From contig JBLDXI010000023.1 in NCBI GenBank assembly GCA_047495785.1, positions 1,302,001 to 1,366,000 of the forward strand: a DNA stretch of 64,000 nt, read 5' to 3'. The stretch comes from Lepidodermella squamata. Taxonomy: Eukaryota > Animalia > Gastrotricha. The notes beneath the pieces are model-generated. The model was given only the letters and a program-made list of their open reading frames with translations. It had not been told where the DNA came from and did no database searches. The translations under genes and the position numbers were made by a program. Positions 34,102 through 48,719 of this stretch are shown here, in pieces; the first letter of the stretch is position 1; the number at the start of each line of letters is the position of its first letter.

Positions 34102-35660
34102 TCATAAATTTGAAATTGCTCCAAGGAGAATTATCGAGAAAAATGCGTTCAGTTTCGACGGTGCTGAAATATTGAAAACGTGAGTTTGCTAATTTGGTTG
34201 AAATTAATTAGTTACCTATCTTCCCTGCATTGGATTTCGAGCTCGAGGAGGTACTTGTTGCTGTAACAGCTGTGAAGTGGAATTGTTAGTATCAGTGTTC
34301 AATTCAGATTCGAGGAATATCTCACTTCGGCACATGCCGTTCGAGGCAGAGGTGGTTGTATCTTCCGGGCAGATGAAGCAGCCATTTGTTGAATCGCAAG
34401 CCTGAACTTGGGTCGAGTATGAGTACGGGAATATGACACAGGCTCCACCTTTCGCCACGTTGAATGTGCTGTTAACAGCTGAAAAGAAATAAATTGCAAA
34501 TGATTTCATCGCTGATCTCAGGTTTCGCTACTTTTTATGAAACAGTATGAAGCAGAGACTGTTGTCATAGTTCCGTCGATTTCGTTCACGTCGACATCCG
34601 TGATTTTGGTTTGCTGATAGGTGTCGAGACAAGTGCAAACTCCACCAGTGCAGGTGTAGCCCGCGTAGACAGAGGGCGATAGGCCCCAGCAGTCATCGGC
34701 AGAAGAGCAGGAGTCACCGGCATCCTCTGTGGAGGTGAACATGGTTCAGATGTATGAAATCATACAGCCAAATTTTATAGCGCGAGTTCAACCGGAAAAG
34801 GACATTTTGGCTAATTATGAGAGATTCTTGATACTTTAATCGGAACTCCGAAAACTTTACCTTCTGTTTTCAAATATCTGAAACTTTCACTAACATTGGT
34901 CTGCTGATGTACAAACTTGCAGCCCAGGGTACCAGGTTTCAAAAAATGAATTTAGGCTGAATTTTGGTTGAAAATATTCCTTGAATCTGAACCATTCTCT
35001 CTCATCAATGATCTATGAAAAACTTACTGAGAGTACAGTATCCTGTGGCTGAAGAGATTTTGTAGCTAGGGAAGCATTGGCAAGTTCCTCCGGTGCAGTT
35101 TAGACCGGTATTGAAGCCACAATCGGCTGTTGTATTAGTGCATGCTTTGTTAAGATTGTACGAACAAGCTGATCCAGATTTAGAAAAACCGAAGAAGCAC
35201 GTCGATATGCCGTAGTAGCAACCCGCTGAAAGAGGATGAAACCCAATTTGCTGTTGCCGCAGTTCAAAATTTTGACTTACCGTGATCAACATGCTTCTCG
35301 AAATCCGCGAAGGTACAAGTATCGCCGAGTGCCAGTGTTTGCGCTGTAACCAAAATGCTAATCATCAGTTACCTAGAGATTAGTTACCTCAAAAGCTTAC
35401 TCGCTTGACATGCTGTTCGATTTACATTGTAATCCACTGCGGTGGAAAAAACCGTTTATTATAGGACAAATAAATAGGTTATTTCACCAACTTCCGCTCT
35501 TGCAAATGCAGTAGCCCTTCGAGCAGCCCAAAGCTGATAAACTCAAGCATTTCTCTCCCGTCCCTGGGCAATCGCTGTCAGTCGAGCAAACGTCCTTGTA
35601 AGCCGCTTGCACTAGGGCGGCGAAAACCCCGATGTATATGACTATCAGTTTCGCCGACAT
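34102..35660 (-). CDS. Cys-rich secreted, probably GPI-anchored protein (EB-module-like repeats), paralog A
   Basis: Signal MSAKLIVIYIGVFAALVQA; repeated C-x2-D-x-D-C...C..G.C.C modules over short-intron exons; Thr-rich linker; hydrophobic C-terminal tail. Confidence 0.75.
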
Positions 35661-36004
35661 TTTTTGCGGGGAAAAAACACTGAAATGAGGCAGTTTGACC
35701 TGGCGCGTGAATTCATCAATGAAAGAGGCTGGTGTCTCAACTGCGTTGCCATTCGTGATTTTCCCATTTTCTCAGAATGCACTTGGTTTCTCTCAAAAGA
35801 GTGCGCACTTTTTTACGCGTGAAAGACTGAAAAGACATTCAGCGCAAGATTGAAGCGTCGAAATAACTTTCTCGCGTCTCATCGACTATTTTTAGTTATC
35901 ATTTCTGGAATTACGGTGGAGTAAATACAGCGATCTGTCAAGTTCAGGTCGACAAATAGCACATGAAACACGAATGAAACATGAATCAACGATATATGAT
36001 GCTC

Positions 36005-37393
36005 TTAGTTAATGAGTTTTGTAATTATTGATACTACCGATAGTATCAGCGTTGAAGCTCCAGCGAAGCAATCTGAGAAAAGTTTCGAAAAGTTGATCAA
36101 TTATCAACAAGCGTTTCGACTAACTTGATCGGTTGGATTTTACATCAATCTTTGATGTCGCTTGAGTTGATATCGACGAGTTGGTACTATTCGAGCTTGC
36201 TGTAGTTGAAACAAAGCTTGTTGTTGTATCAACTCGGTTCGAAGTTGTGGCTGATGTTTGCGTGGTACTTGAGTTCAGAGCTGAGTTCGATGTTGATGGT
36301 GTTGTGATTCCGGATTTGGATGTTGTTGTACCACAGCCTGATAGGCTCGGGCAACTTGGCGAATCGACTTGTTTCACTTCTTCTCAAAATTTATTTACAA
36401 GGTTGTTTAACAAAATGTGTATATTTTCAACAAAGACGTACTTCTGCATTTCGAGGAAGACGAATTTCGCTCTTCTGGGCAAACAAAGCAGCTATGACTC
36501 GAGCCAGCACAAGTATTAACCTGGCTGTTTGCAGTAAGGTAGGGCCTTGGAGTACAAGAAGTATTGGTCAAATTGAACGAGCTCCCAACCGCTGAAAGCC
36601 CGAAGGGCTAAAGGGCAGTATTTTTTTGAACGAATAAAACCTCACCTGAGGAGAAACAGTAATTAGCGTCATTCAGCTTGATGGCTGCTGAGCCTCGAGC
36701 GATTTCAGCTTCAGTTATCTTAGCCAACTGGTATCCAGTCGCGCACGAGCAAATGCCGTTTTTGCATGAAAATCCACTGCTAGTCGTCGACAGCGCAAAA
36801 CATTCCCAGTCTGAGATGCAAGAATCTCCTATGTCCTCTGATTTAAAGATGAAACGGTATTGAGCCTAGAATCATCAAAATTGAAATTAGACTAACTCGG
36901 AACGCAGGCGAAGCTGCTATTTTTGTATCCAAATGTGCAGATACACGTATCGTTGAGACAGTCGTACTTCGCCCCACAATCATTAGCCGCGCTTTTGCAA
37001 GCTTTCCCCATGTTTGAGAGGCAAGTCTTCCCAGACCGGTAGTAGCCGGAATTGCATGTAGAAACTCCGGAAATACAACCAGCATTGGCGACGTGAATTT
37101 CGAGAAGAGCCCCCGTGCATGCATCACCTGGTACTAAGCTCACCTTTAGAAGGCAACGAGTCTTTTCCACATTGTAGTCCACTGAACATCATCAAAAACT
37201 GTTCCAAATGATTTTTAAATGTGAAAAATGTTACTGTCGGATTTGCAAGAGCAGACTCCCTTCGTGCAATCGAATGACGCCATGGTAAGACAGATTTCAT
37301 CAGTTATTGAGCAATCGCTGTCCGAAGAGCAGCTCGCATTGAAAGTTGCGGAAGAAATGTTAGTGACGGATGAAATTGGATACTCTACATGCC
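36005..37393 (-). CDS. Cys-rich paralog B (signal-peptide region looks frameshifted)
   Basis: Same modules; long Ser/Thr stalk; hydrophobic tail ASTLILSVVSIITKLIN; the nearest ATG is out of frame with the Cys exon. Confidence 0.6.
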
Positions 37394-37756
37394 ATTTCGA
37401 ATGGAAAAACGTCACTTTTGTGTCGGAATGGTCTGAAATGAATGGTCTGAACATCAACAAGCAAGCCTTCCCAGTGGAGCAATTGATTGAATAATTGGTG
37501 AATTATTGATCGCTCGTTAATAGTTTTTAATGAGCTGAATGTAGCGAATGATAATCAGAATGCGTGGGCCTTGTTCAGCATTTATCCAAACTTTGTAACC
37601 GAAATACCTTGTGTTAACCAACACCATATCCACTGTGATTTATTTTACCACCAAAACCTCAATCATAAAAATCACAAAAATGCACGTTTAACAGAGTTAT
37701 CAAAACAGAACAACAGACTCAATCCACATTCCTAAAAATTATAGTAGTTCCTATGA

Positions 37757-39252
37757 TCACATAACCATGAGAAATGATCCACTTGCGATGACGGCAAATG
37801 TGACTACCAGAAAACTCGCTTCTTTGCCAACATCTGCTTTCAATAAATTCTAGTTAGGAATGATACGTCAATAAGCTTGGGAGCAAAGTATCAACTTACA
37901 ACCGGCGTTGCACTTCGATTGGGATGAAACAGAGCTGGTGGTTGTTGTTGCTGAGGCCGACGTGGTCCCAGATGAGGCACAGCCCGATAGGCTAACGCAG
38001 GATGGGACAGTTGTAGTAACAGCTAAAAAGACATCGTTGGGAAAATCATGATCATTCTAGCCGCGAACCGCGATAATACCTTTGCAAGTGCCTGTCGAAG
38101 CCGAGGAACTGTTCTCAGGGCAAACGTAGCAGCCATTCGTGGTTCCAGCGCAGGTTGTTACCTTGCTGTTAGCATACGACTGAGGCCACATGGTGCAAGA
38201 AGTTCCATTCGTGGTTACGTTGAAAGTACTGCTAACACCTAATGCAACAAAAAATTGTATTCTAAAAGTCTAGAATATTCCCAAACGAGGCTAACTTGTA
38301 GAGAAGCAAAAATTTGCCGTGGATGTCTTCATCGAAGCATCAGCTTCGTTTACTTCGAGATCAGTTATCTTCAGCGCTATGTAGCCACTGGAACACGCGC
38401 ATTTGCCGCTGCTGCAGGAATAGCCAACATTGGCTGTAGGAGACAGGGCTGCGCAATCGGAATCGGTTGTGCATGAATCGCCGATATCTTCTGCAAGGAT
38501 GAAAACGAAATATTTTATTATTATTGTTTCGCTCTAAAATGCTAAATTGACAGTCAAGTTTGAAAAAGATGGAATTTTTTCGGATTCTTTCGAAAATTAT
38601 GAAAAATTATGGAAAAATTAAAAAATCTTAAATAAAAAGATTTACGAAGAAATTTCAATTTTTTAAAAAGATTAATATATTGATAGCAGCAATTTGAAAA
38701 ATCGGAAAATAAATTTAGAGGTTGGAAAAATATGTATTTCTTACTTGCTATGCAAATGCCCCCGCTTGATTTGTAAGCTGAAGAACAGGCGCATGCTCCA
38801 CTCGAGCAAGTCAGCGCAGTTTTATAGCCGCAATCGCTAGCCGTATCAGTACAGCTCCTTCCCAGGCTGTAGACGCAGGACGAGCCTGATTTGTAGTAGC
38901 CAAAGAAGCAGCTTGAAATTCCGAAGAAACACCCGGCGTTGGTCACGTGCTGCTCGTAATCAGCTCCAGTGCAAACCTCGCCAAGTGATACCTCCATTTT
39001 GTAAACGCATTTTGTTCGATTGAAATTGTAGTCAACTGTAAGCAATTAACATTTTTTGAAAAAATGAGATTTAATTAAATGTTTACATCCAGATTTGCAG
39101 GCGCAGTAGCCCTGTGTACAGCCCATAGCGTTGAGGGTGAGACAAAATTCATTGGTAATGGAACAATCACCGTCTTTAGAGCACGTTGCTAAATACGTGG
39201 CCGAGGCGAACTGAACAGCTAATATTGCGAAAATCAGAACTCGAAACATCAT
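37757..39252 (-). CDS. Cys-rich probably GPI-anchored paralog C
   Basis: MMFRVLIFAILAVQFASA signal; Cys modules; tail ASFLVVTFAVIASGSFLMVM. Confidence 0.8.
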
Positions 39253-39653
39253 GGCTTGGATGTATATAATGAATCTCTATATCAGTGCAAATTTCAGGTT
39301 GATTTTCCTATGCCCAAAGCTTTGACTAGTGTTATTTTGTGTTGTCGTATCCCCATAGCTACTAAGTGCCCAATGGGAACCAATAATTCATTCTTCGCTC
39401 CGCGCGAATTTTTGCATACAGCGTATTGCTCATTTCAAGCAATTATCGGGAAAAAACGGTTTGTCCTCTGTTGCGTCTAGGTTATGTGAAAACGGCATTA
39501 CTAGGTAACCAAGTTGAATAAAAACAAATTGGCACTCATCATAACTGGACTCGCTACCTCGATTACGTGTCACTTCATCATGTAAATCAACACGTATGAG
39601 TTGGCCGCTTTATTAAGTCTGAGTAAACAAAAATCGAAACTACATGAATAATT

Positions 39654-41584
39654 TCACAGTTTTTGCAAAAAATCCGCCACCTCAGCGTGGCCATGCATAG
39701 CTGCCACATCGCTCGCCCTCAGGCCTTCCTCATCCACAGCATGAGCAGCTTTCGGAAATTTCGAATGCAAAAATTTAACAACAGACAGGTGACCGTACTC
39801 TGCGGCTAGTCTCAACGGGATCATAGATTCGATAGAATCCGGCTGTTTCTCGTACAGGTATTTAACGAGTTCCAAATGGCCAGTCTCTGCAGCTGCACAA
39901 ATCGGGTTTCGGCCGGTTAATTCTTCAATCGTCACAGCTTTTTCAAAATTTTCGCACAGGAATTTTGCCAACTCGAATCGGCCGTATTCTGCAGCTAGAT
40001 ATAACGGGGTCTTTCCAGTTACAGGATCTCGCGCCTTCACAGCATCGGGATATAATTCGAAAATATGCTTGACCATATCAATAGGTGCAAAGTTCGATAT
40101 CGCGACAGAAAGAGGTAGAAATCCGGTTGTATTCTCGGCTAATTTGATAGCCTCATGATACAGATCATAGATATATTTGAAGGTCTCGAAATTTCCGATC
40201 TTAGCCGATAAAGACAATGTGGTCCGGTTACAGGGGTCGACACAACGAGCGCATTCTGGGTGTTTATCACAAATGAATCTCAGAATGACTTCATTCTGAA
40301 CCAACCGCTCCCAGAGCTGAATTCTCTGCTGATTCACGGCCTTTTGATAGATTCTCTGTAGAGATCGGTCAGGGTCAACTTTTGAATCTCTCGGGCTCAA
40401 GCTTCCTATGTCGAATTTCAAAGCCAATAAAAGCGATGGCCCACTCAAGTTGGCTGTATCTTTCAGAATAGTTTTCATTTTTGCATTGTGCTCGAAATCC
40501 AAAGCAACTTGGCGAATGGAATGATGGACCATGAATCTTTCAGCTTTGTCATCCGGCAGTGGCTCTAGGCGGGTAATGACCGCAAAATTCTCCAGTTCTT
40601 TGATCGCTTCGTTAGAATTTGTATCAAGAAGAATGGCAAGATCAGTCTGAGATGTAGATTCGTCCTCTGAGAAGAACAAAAGGCTCGAAAAATTTCGCAA
40701 CTGATTCTCGCTCATCTTATCAAGGATTGATAGCGCAACCGACCGAATTGAGATTTTCTCACCCTGCTTCAATAACTGATCGGCAACTGCTGGGAATTCG
40801 GTATTTGACGTCTCAACCTTGAATCTGCCCATCACGAGGTTAGCAAGAAGAGGTAAGCCTCGGCAATTTTTCACGATTTCACCGAGTTTAGCCGGTCCAA
40901 CTTTGATTTTCACATCCATGTCAAAAAAGGTTGAAGACATTATTTCAACGGGCAGTGGATTCACGATGAACGGAGGTTGTCGGATGTAGCCTTTGAAATC
41001 CTCTTCACAGGTGTCGCTATCACTTATCAGAATGCTAGTGGTTTGTTTCATGAACTCGAGGAACTTTAGAGAGTTCTTCTGCATGTTGTCCAGAATGAAA
41101 ACAACCCGGCGATGTTTCGAATTGAAGTAGTGCAGAATTCGAGCCAAGTCGGGAAATGCGATTTTGTCATTTCCGCTGGCTTTACGAGCAGAAGCGGCTA
41201 GTTTCAGCGAAAATTCCTTCTTGTTGAACCGCTCGTCAGTCAATTTCGAGCAATTTATCCAAAAAGCAACATGAAGATGGCAGATTCTAGCGATTAGTTT
41301 TGAACTTGTCGGTTCAGTGAATAATGTTGATACAAGAGCTGATTTTCCGACCCCTGATGGGCCTTTTACGAGCAAAAAGCCTTTATCCGGTGAGTTTGAA
41401 AGATTTTCGATTCGGCCAAGGAGGGCTGCGAAGTCAGTTTGTCGACCAGTTAACTTCCCCTTGAAGTTAGGGATGTCAACGGATACCAGGCTGAAATAAT
41501 AAGTATTAAAGTTGATTTTGAGCTCGTTTCCACGAATTGTCACCTTGAGTATGCTTGGCTGTTAACTGGACGTTTCGGTGGCAT
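39654..41584 (-). CDS. STAND (NB-ARC-like) NTPase with C-terminal ankyrin repeats
   Basis: Walker A GPSGVGKS, Walker B VVFILDN, CRGLPL, MHD-like FMVHH; about 6 ankyrin repeats (GKTPLYLAAEYG etc.); short first exon MPPKRPVNSQAYS|gt. Confidence 0.85.
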
Positions 41585-41869
41585 CGTTTTATAGACTTTT
41601 TCGGGGCATAAATGACTTTGAGTACTTTCTCATTTCATTGATGTAGTGCGCTCTTGGCCTTTATCCTAATTAATGGACCGTGAAAACATTAAAATAATAG
41701 CTTTCATTTTTTTACTGAAAGAAGCAGCTGTGAATCTAAATGGCTGCCAAAATACACACGGTTTCCAGGATGAGTAATAAACAATTCAGCGTCAAACAAA
41801 GGCTCGAAATATCACGACCTAAGAGGAGAAATGCTGTCATACCTATTATGAATCATGGATATACAGATT

Positions 41870-42447
41870 ATATACGTGTCAGATTCCGTTTTACTGGTTG
41901 ATGAGCTAATTAAAGTTACAGAAAACCCCAAGTTAGAGGCCGTCGCATTCTTTAGTGAATCGAATAGATTGAGGCCAGAGTTTAGGCAAGTTTGGCGACA
42001 CAATGCAAATGCGCGGAAAGACATACCACGAATATGGGGTTCGCAACAAGGGTCGTGCTACAAGGCATTTTTGCAGACGAGCATCAAGTACGCTGAAGTA
42101 CGCGTAGTTGCGACCTTTCCGAAGTAAACACCTTTCGTCTTTCGTCGACGACAATTCCCTGTACAGCTAACTTATTCGTCTCTAACCATCCAATAAAGTC
42201 AGGGTCTCTCCTTTCAGCCTGTGGGACTCTATCTGCTCGAAGGAGTGTTTGGGCATGGCATGGTTTATGTAGCCCTTTCGCAAGTGACTGTCAGCGGACA
42301 AATCCTCCTTTGCATTACTTTCGACAAGAAAAAACATCAAGTTATATCACCAACATTGTCTACCACAAAATCATAGTGCATTTATTATTTTACAGGTCGA
42401 CTGAATCCGTTGGCTGGCCCGGAGCTTCGGAACCTTGAAATTGCTAG
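41870..42447 (+). mobile_element. Helitron 3' remnant (PIF1 helicase C-terminus and CTAG end)
   Basis: Frameshifted PFVFRRRQFPVQL...SQGLSF..VGLYL..VFGHGMVYVALS...TNIVY; short GC hairpin ~13 nt before CTAG|T at 42444-42448. Confidence 0.85.
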
Positions 42448-42769
42448 TGATAGATAAAGCGCGGTAATACGCACGCTAATCTTCGAGCTGATTTCTGCAA
42501 GCTTCCAAAATAAGGCACTGATACGTAATGTTGGGAAGTTAATGCAGGATTTAATTATTTCACGTCAAAATACCACACACAATATTGTATCACATTTTTC
42601 AGATAAGATTACGAGACGGGTAGTAAGATGCTATGAAGGTCCGAATAAGCATGTGAAATCTCTCGAGGTAGCCTTGATTTCACGCCGATTCCGATTCAAG
42701 AACAGAAGAGGGAGGGTTATTCATCTTGTCGACAGAAAGAATGGCTGCAAATGTTTACCAGTTTCAGAT

Positions 42770-45700
42770 TTAAGCGTGGGATGAAAAGTAAAGATTAATC
42801 GCCAAAACCATGAATAGCGCTGCCAGAAAGGCCATCATGTCATAGACACGGATGAGTGTGACCTCATCGAAGTAGCGTAGCAGTTTAATTCCTCTGGAAA
42901 GTTTAGTTTTCATCAAACTCTGAGCCATAGCTGCTGTAGCAACAATTTCATACATTGCCAAAGCCGCAATAGTTGCTGTTAGACTTAGAACGTAGTTTGC
43001 ATATAGGATCTGCTGATCCGTCTCAGGAACGCTGTGCAAGACGTCAGATTGCGCGACGACCATTGAAAGCATGATTGTGCAACAAATTGCGGGACGATCT
43101 GGGACGTCTGGCTCCATCAGCAGACTGGCGAATCCAAGAAACAGCAAAATGTAGCAGGGAATCATGAAATTCACAATGTAGTAACTGGAGTCGCGTTTAA
43201 ACTTCAAAGTGACCTTGGCGTAGGAAAAATGGGAATTGGCCCTTGATTTCGTAGCCGCAGTGCCATTTTCGGTTTTGTAGCTCTCAAATTGCCAAACACC
43301 GTAATCAAGAGAACCAGCTATTTTAACAATCATCCCGCCGATGGATAGAAACTCAGTATTCTCCTCGAGCTGCATTGTCATGTCACAGGTTTGATGGTCG
43401 AAAGGAAACGTTGTTAGGTCAAACTTGCACTTGGTAGCAAAATTTCCAACTCGAGTCCAATGGAAAAATAAGGTTCGATTCGGCCGAGTTGGATAGTAGG
43501 CAATTTCAATCTTCTCCCCGCATACCGGATTAGTTGTGTCGAAATCTGGAGTTTTGTTGGGGAAAATCATCGAAGGGCGCCATATGTCAGTTCTGCGGGT
43601 AGAAACAAGCCGCTCTTTATCTTCAGCTCCTGGCGCTGTATAGTTAGCGTCGCACGAAGAAACCATCCACTGCAGAAGGATGGAACCCCAAAAGTAACCC
43701 CTTTGCTGGTCCTGCTCGACCGACTCAACGTTATCGATTTGTAGGCGGATGAATATGAGTGTACCGAGTCGAGGAGCCCGCTTTTCAACACTTAGATAAG
43801 GGCAAGAGACCAGATCGTCTGTTTCGACTGTTGGTACAAAATTCCCAGCCAAGAGCTGTGGAACAGGGAAGCCTGTTGTTGGATCATAATAAGTGTCCTG
43901 GACCGGATCGGTCATAGAATTCTTTGAAGTAGTTGTGAGGCTGATAGATGTTGTTGTCGCATTTTTCTGATTGATTGTTGTCGAAACAGTTGTGGTGGTG
44001 TCGTTCCTAGTCGGTGACAAAATCCAAGTCATCCTTTCCAAAAAATATGTTTGCAAAATTGTTATTTCATGGAATAATGCTTACAATCGCCTGACATAGA
44101 CAGATGTCTTGAATACTACAATTTCGGACATGCTAAATCCCGTTATGTATGGTAAGTTGGTGAAACATGTAGCTGAAGGAGTCGCCCCATACCCAGGCAG
44201 TGCTGTAATACCAACCTGCAAGAAATAGCATTAACCAGCCGTGAGAAGAAATAAAGTAAGATACCAACCGTCACAGTGTAGTCGACTTTTTGTATTATCA
44301 GCCTGTACTTCGCATTGCCGCTCGAATCGAACAAGCCCGATAAGCCGCACACTGGCTGTGTAACACTGTTGTAATTGAACGGCACTGTGGTCATAGTGGT
44401 GACTTTGGTGTTATCAAAAGCCGCGTACAGCTCCCCACTTCCGTTTGCAAGTCGCTGAGAAATGGTTAATCCATTGTAATTCTGCATAGCAGTTCCTTGG
44501 CCATCAGTTGAATCTGAATTGGAGTCAAATTCATTCTCGCAGGAAGATCATCCCTTGAACTTACTAAAAGACTTCCACATATAAAATGTGGGGAAGCTCA
44601 GAATTAACCAAGAAGATGACAATCCATTCGTCGGAAAATTTGCGTCTATATCCAATTCCATTCGCCATGGCCAAGTCTCATGAGTGTCGCCAAAGTCCTG
44701 TGTACACATCAAAGATTGAACATTCTGAAACGACTTACAGATCGACGCTCACCCCTGATACCCAGGAAAAAAGTGAGCCTGTCTGAATAACACAGCCTTT
44801 GAGGTATTCGCATGAAGTACTAGGCCATCGATAAATCCAGGCCGTGATGCTGCTGTTATAACTGTCAAAGCTGTTGATCATGTGGAGTGCGGGAGGCCCG
44901 GCTAAATTAGTCGGATAAGGCAACGTAGCAGTGTCTGGTTCAGGGAGTACAGATCCTTGCGTACTCCAGAAATAACTGCGTTAAAAAATTAGCAAGACGG
45001 ACAATAGTCATTTTTCCACTTTGCCTTGCGACTGAAAATTTAAGATTATATGGATTTCAAATGAGGAGATATGAGGGGCCAGGGGGAATATGGGGGATGT
45101 CTGATTTTTTTCAAAGTTCAATCAAGAATGAGCGAAGCGAGGGAATTTCGAAGATTCTCTACTAATTCAAGCTCCGAAATCTCTAAACATTGGGCTGTTC
45201 ATTTTCTTCTCTGGTCTGGGCTGATACCCCCACTGAGAATGTTTCTGAGCTTTTGGCTCAGCGCTTAAGCAGGGGATACGGTAACGCCATTAACGCCCAA
45301 CGGCATCTTTTCCTGCCACCCTGCGTTGGGAACTCGTATCGATTCGGGGAAAACGGATAAATGACCAGTATCTCGCAGGCTTCGTGACGAGCTAGGGGCG
45401 TCTTTTGGGACTGTCACCAAACTGCACTAAAGTGTCATCAACATCTATTTTGCACGAAGTTTTAACCATAACCCAACTGAATGCATTTCTGGATAGATCG
45501 CATCATGCTCGTAAATTCTTTCTTTGAGAGCGGCTTTCTAGCTATCACCGTTCTTGAGATAATCGTCAACAGGTGACAACAGGTAAGGTCACTTGACAAC
45601 TTGACACTGGAATATCTCAATAACGGTAGATAATAAAAATATGCGGTTTTCCGATTTTTCTTCCCCGCATTTTTCTCTATCGGAAAATCACATATCAATA

Positions 45701-46868
45701 GGGAAAGAAAAATGAAAATATTTTCCGAAACATTCTGGGCTTTTATGGGTTTTAAAGTTCAACAGCAGTCAACTTACAATTTCCGAATGACGATATCAGA
45801 ATTAGAACCCATCCCGATGAAGAAAGGCCCATTGTAATTCTGGTCCGCCATCAGGTTATGCAAATCGAAATAGGCTCCGACAAGAAGCATATTAGCGATG
45901 CAACTCGTCGCTTGTAACGCAACGTTGCCGTTCAGAGGAATAATGAAAACCTGATTGTAAATAAAAATTTCAGGCATAACTGTCCTCTTTCCACTTTGTG
46001 AAATAACCAACGTTATACATGCGATAATTACGCAGCGATTGAAACACGATTCGATAAGTAGAGTTGCCTGAACTTGTCATAACGTTATTGTTACCGCAGC
46101 TAGGTTGAGATTCGCCAAATTTGGCGCTTCCGTTCAACGGCGGACGATACCTAGAGTTTGCCGTTGCGGGCTGTTTGACATCAAAAAAGCTCAGATAAAT
46201 CTTGCCGCCCACTTCAAGCTTGTGCCAAACTGTCGCGCTTGCCGCATAGGCGCTGAAAGAATCGTAAATCAGGGCTGTGTTATTCGATTTTGCTGAAGAA
46301 AAGAAGTTTTAAATTATGGTCGAACAACTGACTGGAAGACTGACCCGGCATCATGTCTCCTGTTTGCCCGATTCCAAATCCAAACCAAGCGTCCGAGTTA
46401 CTTGTTTTATACGTCACGGCAACTTCAACCTCAATTCTAAACGGATTCACTATTCCATGTTTATCGGTTATCAGCTGCAAAAGCCGTGGTCAGCTGATAT
46501 GATACAATTTGAGGTAACTCACAGTTCCTGCAACCATTCCGAATGTTTTGTTAGCATTTGCCTGTGAGGAGATGAGCTGAATGCCGTTTTGAACGTATTC
46601 GGCTGAGTACGAGAGAGCAAGGCTGGAGTTTCCGTTCACACTCCCATCAGTTCGGTCGAAAGACAGGTCAGCTATATAGCGTGGTGTCCCTTCCAGGAAT
46701 ATTTCAAGTGGAACAGAAGCCGTGTCTGGCACAGGGTCGTTTCCTGATTCAACTGCACCTAATTTCCAGTTTTATCACTTATTCAATTACTGATTCGTCC
46801 AATTTGAAACCTGTAACAGCAGCCACAATGATAAAGATGAAAACCAAATCTGACTTTGAACAAGGCAT
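42770..46868 (-). CDS. Cys-loop pentameric ligand-gated ion channel subunit with two extra N-terminal beta-sandwich domains, copy 1 (10 exons)
   Basis: Signal MPCSKSDLVFIFIIVAAVT; eight intervening exons splice in frame to the last exon, which carries IWRP, the Cys-loop CKFDLTTFPFDHQTC, pre-M1 KFKR..YY and four TM helices. Confidence 0.88.
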
Positions 46869-47495
46869 CGTGAGCAAATCACAAAATATGACGGAACAAG
46901 TTTATGCGATGAAAAGTTTTTTTCTAGGTATATTGTATATTGCTTTTCGATAAGTGGGTAAAAGATTTGGTGGTTGGTAGCGTTTTTCCGTGTTACCTTT
47001 TAGTAGCCAAGGCTCGAGAACGTAGGACATACTTGGCACTTAGCTCTTAACTGCTTTGCTTGAATTCGAAAGCATTGTTTTTTTCAGTTTCGCCTTTAAG
47101 TAGCCCAGGCTCTAAAGCGTAGGATAGCTCTAGTTTGCACTGCTTGAATGTTTTTCAAGCGATCGATAACGATTTTTCTACAGGAGACTGAATTCTATAT
47201 CACGTGATCGAAGTTTTCAGGATTGGTCTGAAAGGATATTGCTTGCCTTAATGAAACCATCAAAACAATATTGACTCATAAAAGAGTAGAACTCCTTTTA
47301 TACTCCAGATGCCACCTAGAACTCATAAATGGAGAAAAGAAAGCATTTTGAACCTATTTTAATTTATTGTGGAATCAGGAAATCTGTTCAACTTTCATGT
47401 ATAGTTACCAATTCTGTAGCATCTATAGTTAACAAAGAGAGTCAAATAAAAGAACGCTCCTCGTGAGAAAAATCAGAAGTTGTAATTTATCAAAT

Positions 47496-48719
47496 CTACA
47501 AGTCCTTATTCTCCGGATCCGAACTTAACCCACGGACAATCTTGAAAACCTTTTCGCCCTGAAGGCCGAATCGGCAAGCAATGCGGGAAACTTCAGCCAT
47601 CCGTTCAAGTTTCAGATCGAACCGCTTGTTGTAACGATAAGTGTGAAACCAATGCCGTACTCGTTGAAACGGAAGGTCTACTTTACCGGCAAGTCGCTTT
47701 ATCTCGCCATCTGTCGGCCTATCATTTTTGTCAAACAGCGACTTGAGTGCTGAATACTGTGAGGCTGTTAGCAATTTTACACCGCGAGGTGCAGGTTTCA
47801 TTCGCACAGCCTGAGTCTTTCTGCAAATAGTGATCGATCGGTGACGCATCCAATGCCGAACTCGGCGAGGCGTTGTACCGAGCCTGTTCGATATGTCTAG
47901 GACGCGTTTTGCGTGAAGCCTTGTTGGCTTGGCGAGCTCTTCATTCAAAATCTCGAGCTGCCAAGGCTCGAATCCTCGTCGTTTCTCGGGCTCATCTATA
48001 TTGCTTTCATCGATTCGGCTAACCTAAGAAAATTCAAGGTGTATGCTTGATGAAATGAATCAATTCCGAGACGGCGTTACTTTGTCATAAGCCTCGTAAT
48101 TCTTCAGCCTGGTTTCAGTCAAAACTCGTTGTCTTTTGAACCATCCCACAACATAACTTCTCGGACAGCCAATTATTTCTGCCAGCTCGGTTTTTCGAAT
48201 GGAATTCGGCGCGATGTTGTCTTTGAACTCCTATTGATAAAGCTGTTAATAATTGAACATTTTAATTGCAGCCCTCACATTCTCCAACAGATCGCGGTTC
48301 TCCTGCGTGAAAGTGAACCTCCTCTTTTTCCGGCGGTTAGGTGGTTTGTTCAACAGACGTTGATAGCACAACCAGCGTTCAATTCTGGAGACAGTTAGGT
48401 CAGTTTTCGCTGACATTCTCGCACGTTCTTCTTTACTTGGATAAGGATTCCCCTTGAACCACTCATGCAGAACGTCGAATTGAGCCGTTGACAGTAGGGA
48501 CTGTTTCTTTGCCCTGATTTCGGACACATTCGACGCTATATTTTTACTGAACCATGACCGAATTCGAGTCTCGCATTCGTTTAATTTCTTGGACAGCATA
48601 TTAGTCAATTCTCTCAACTCCTCGCCTCGCTGCTTCGTATCACTGAATTTCCGCTTTTGCCACTCTTCCAAATGGTCGCATAATATTTCAAGCTGCCATG
48701 GTTCGAAGCCACGAGGCAT
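47496..48719 (-). CDS. Five-homeodomain protein, copy 1 (3 exons)
   Basis: Five helix-3 signatures (RIRSWFS, RIERWLC, YVVGWFK, RVRHWMR, RVRHWFH) with F..EQ/QL..L helix-1 starts and NPYP; introns at ~48235-48277 and ~48024-48080. Confidence 0.85.

Noticed and set aside
41870-42447. Host PIF1 helicase gene
   Set aside because: Frameshifts and stops plus the hairpin-CTAG terminus identify it as a Helitron remnant.
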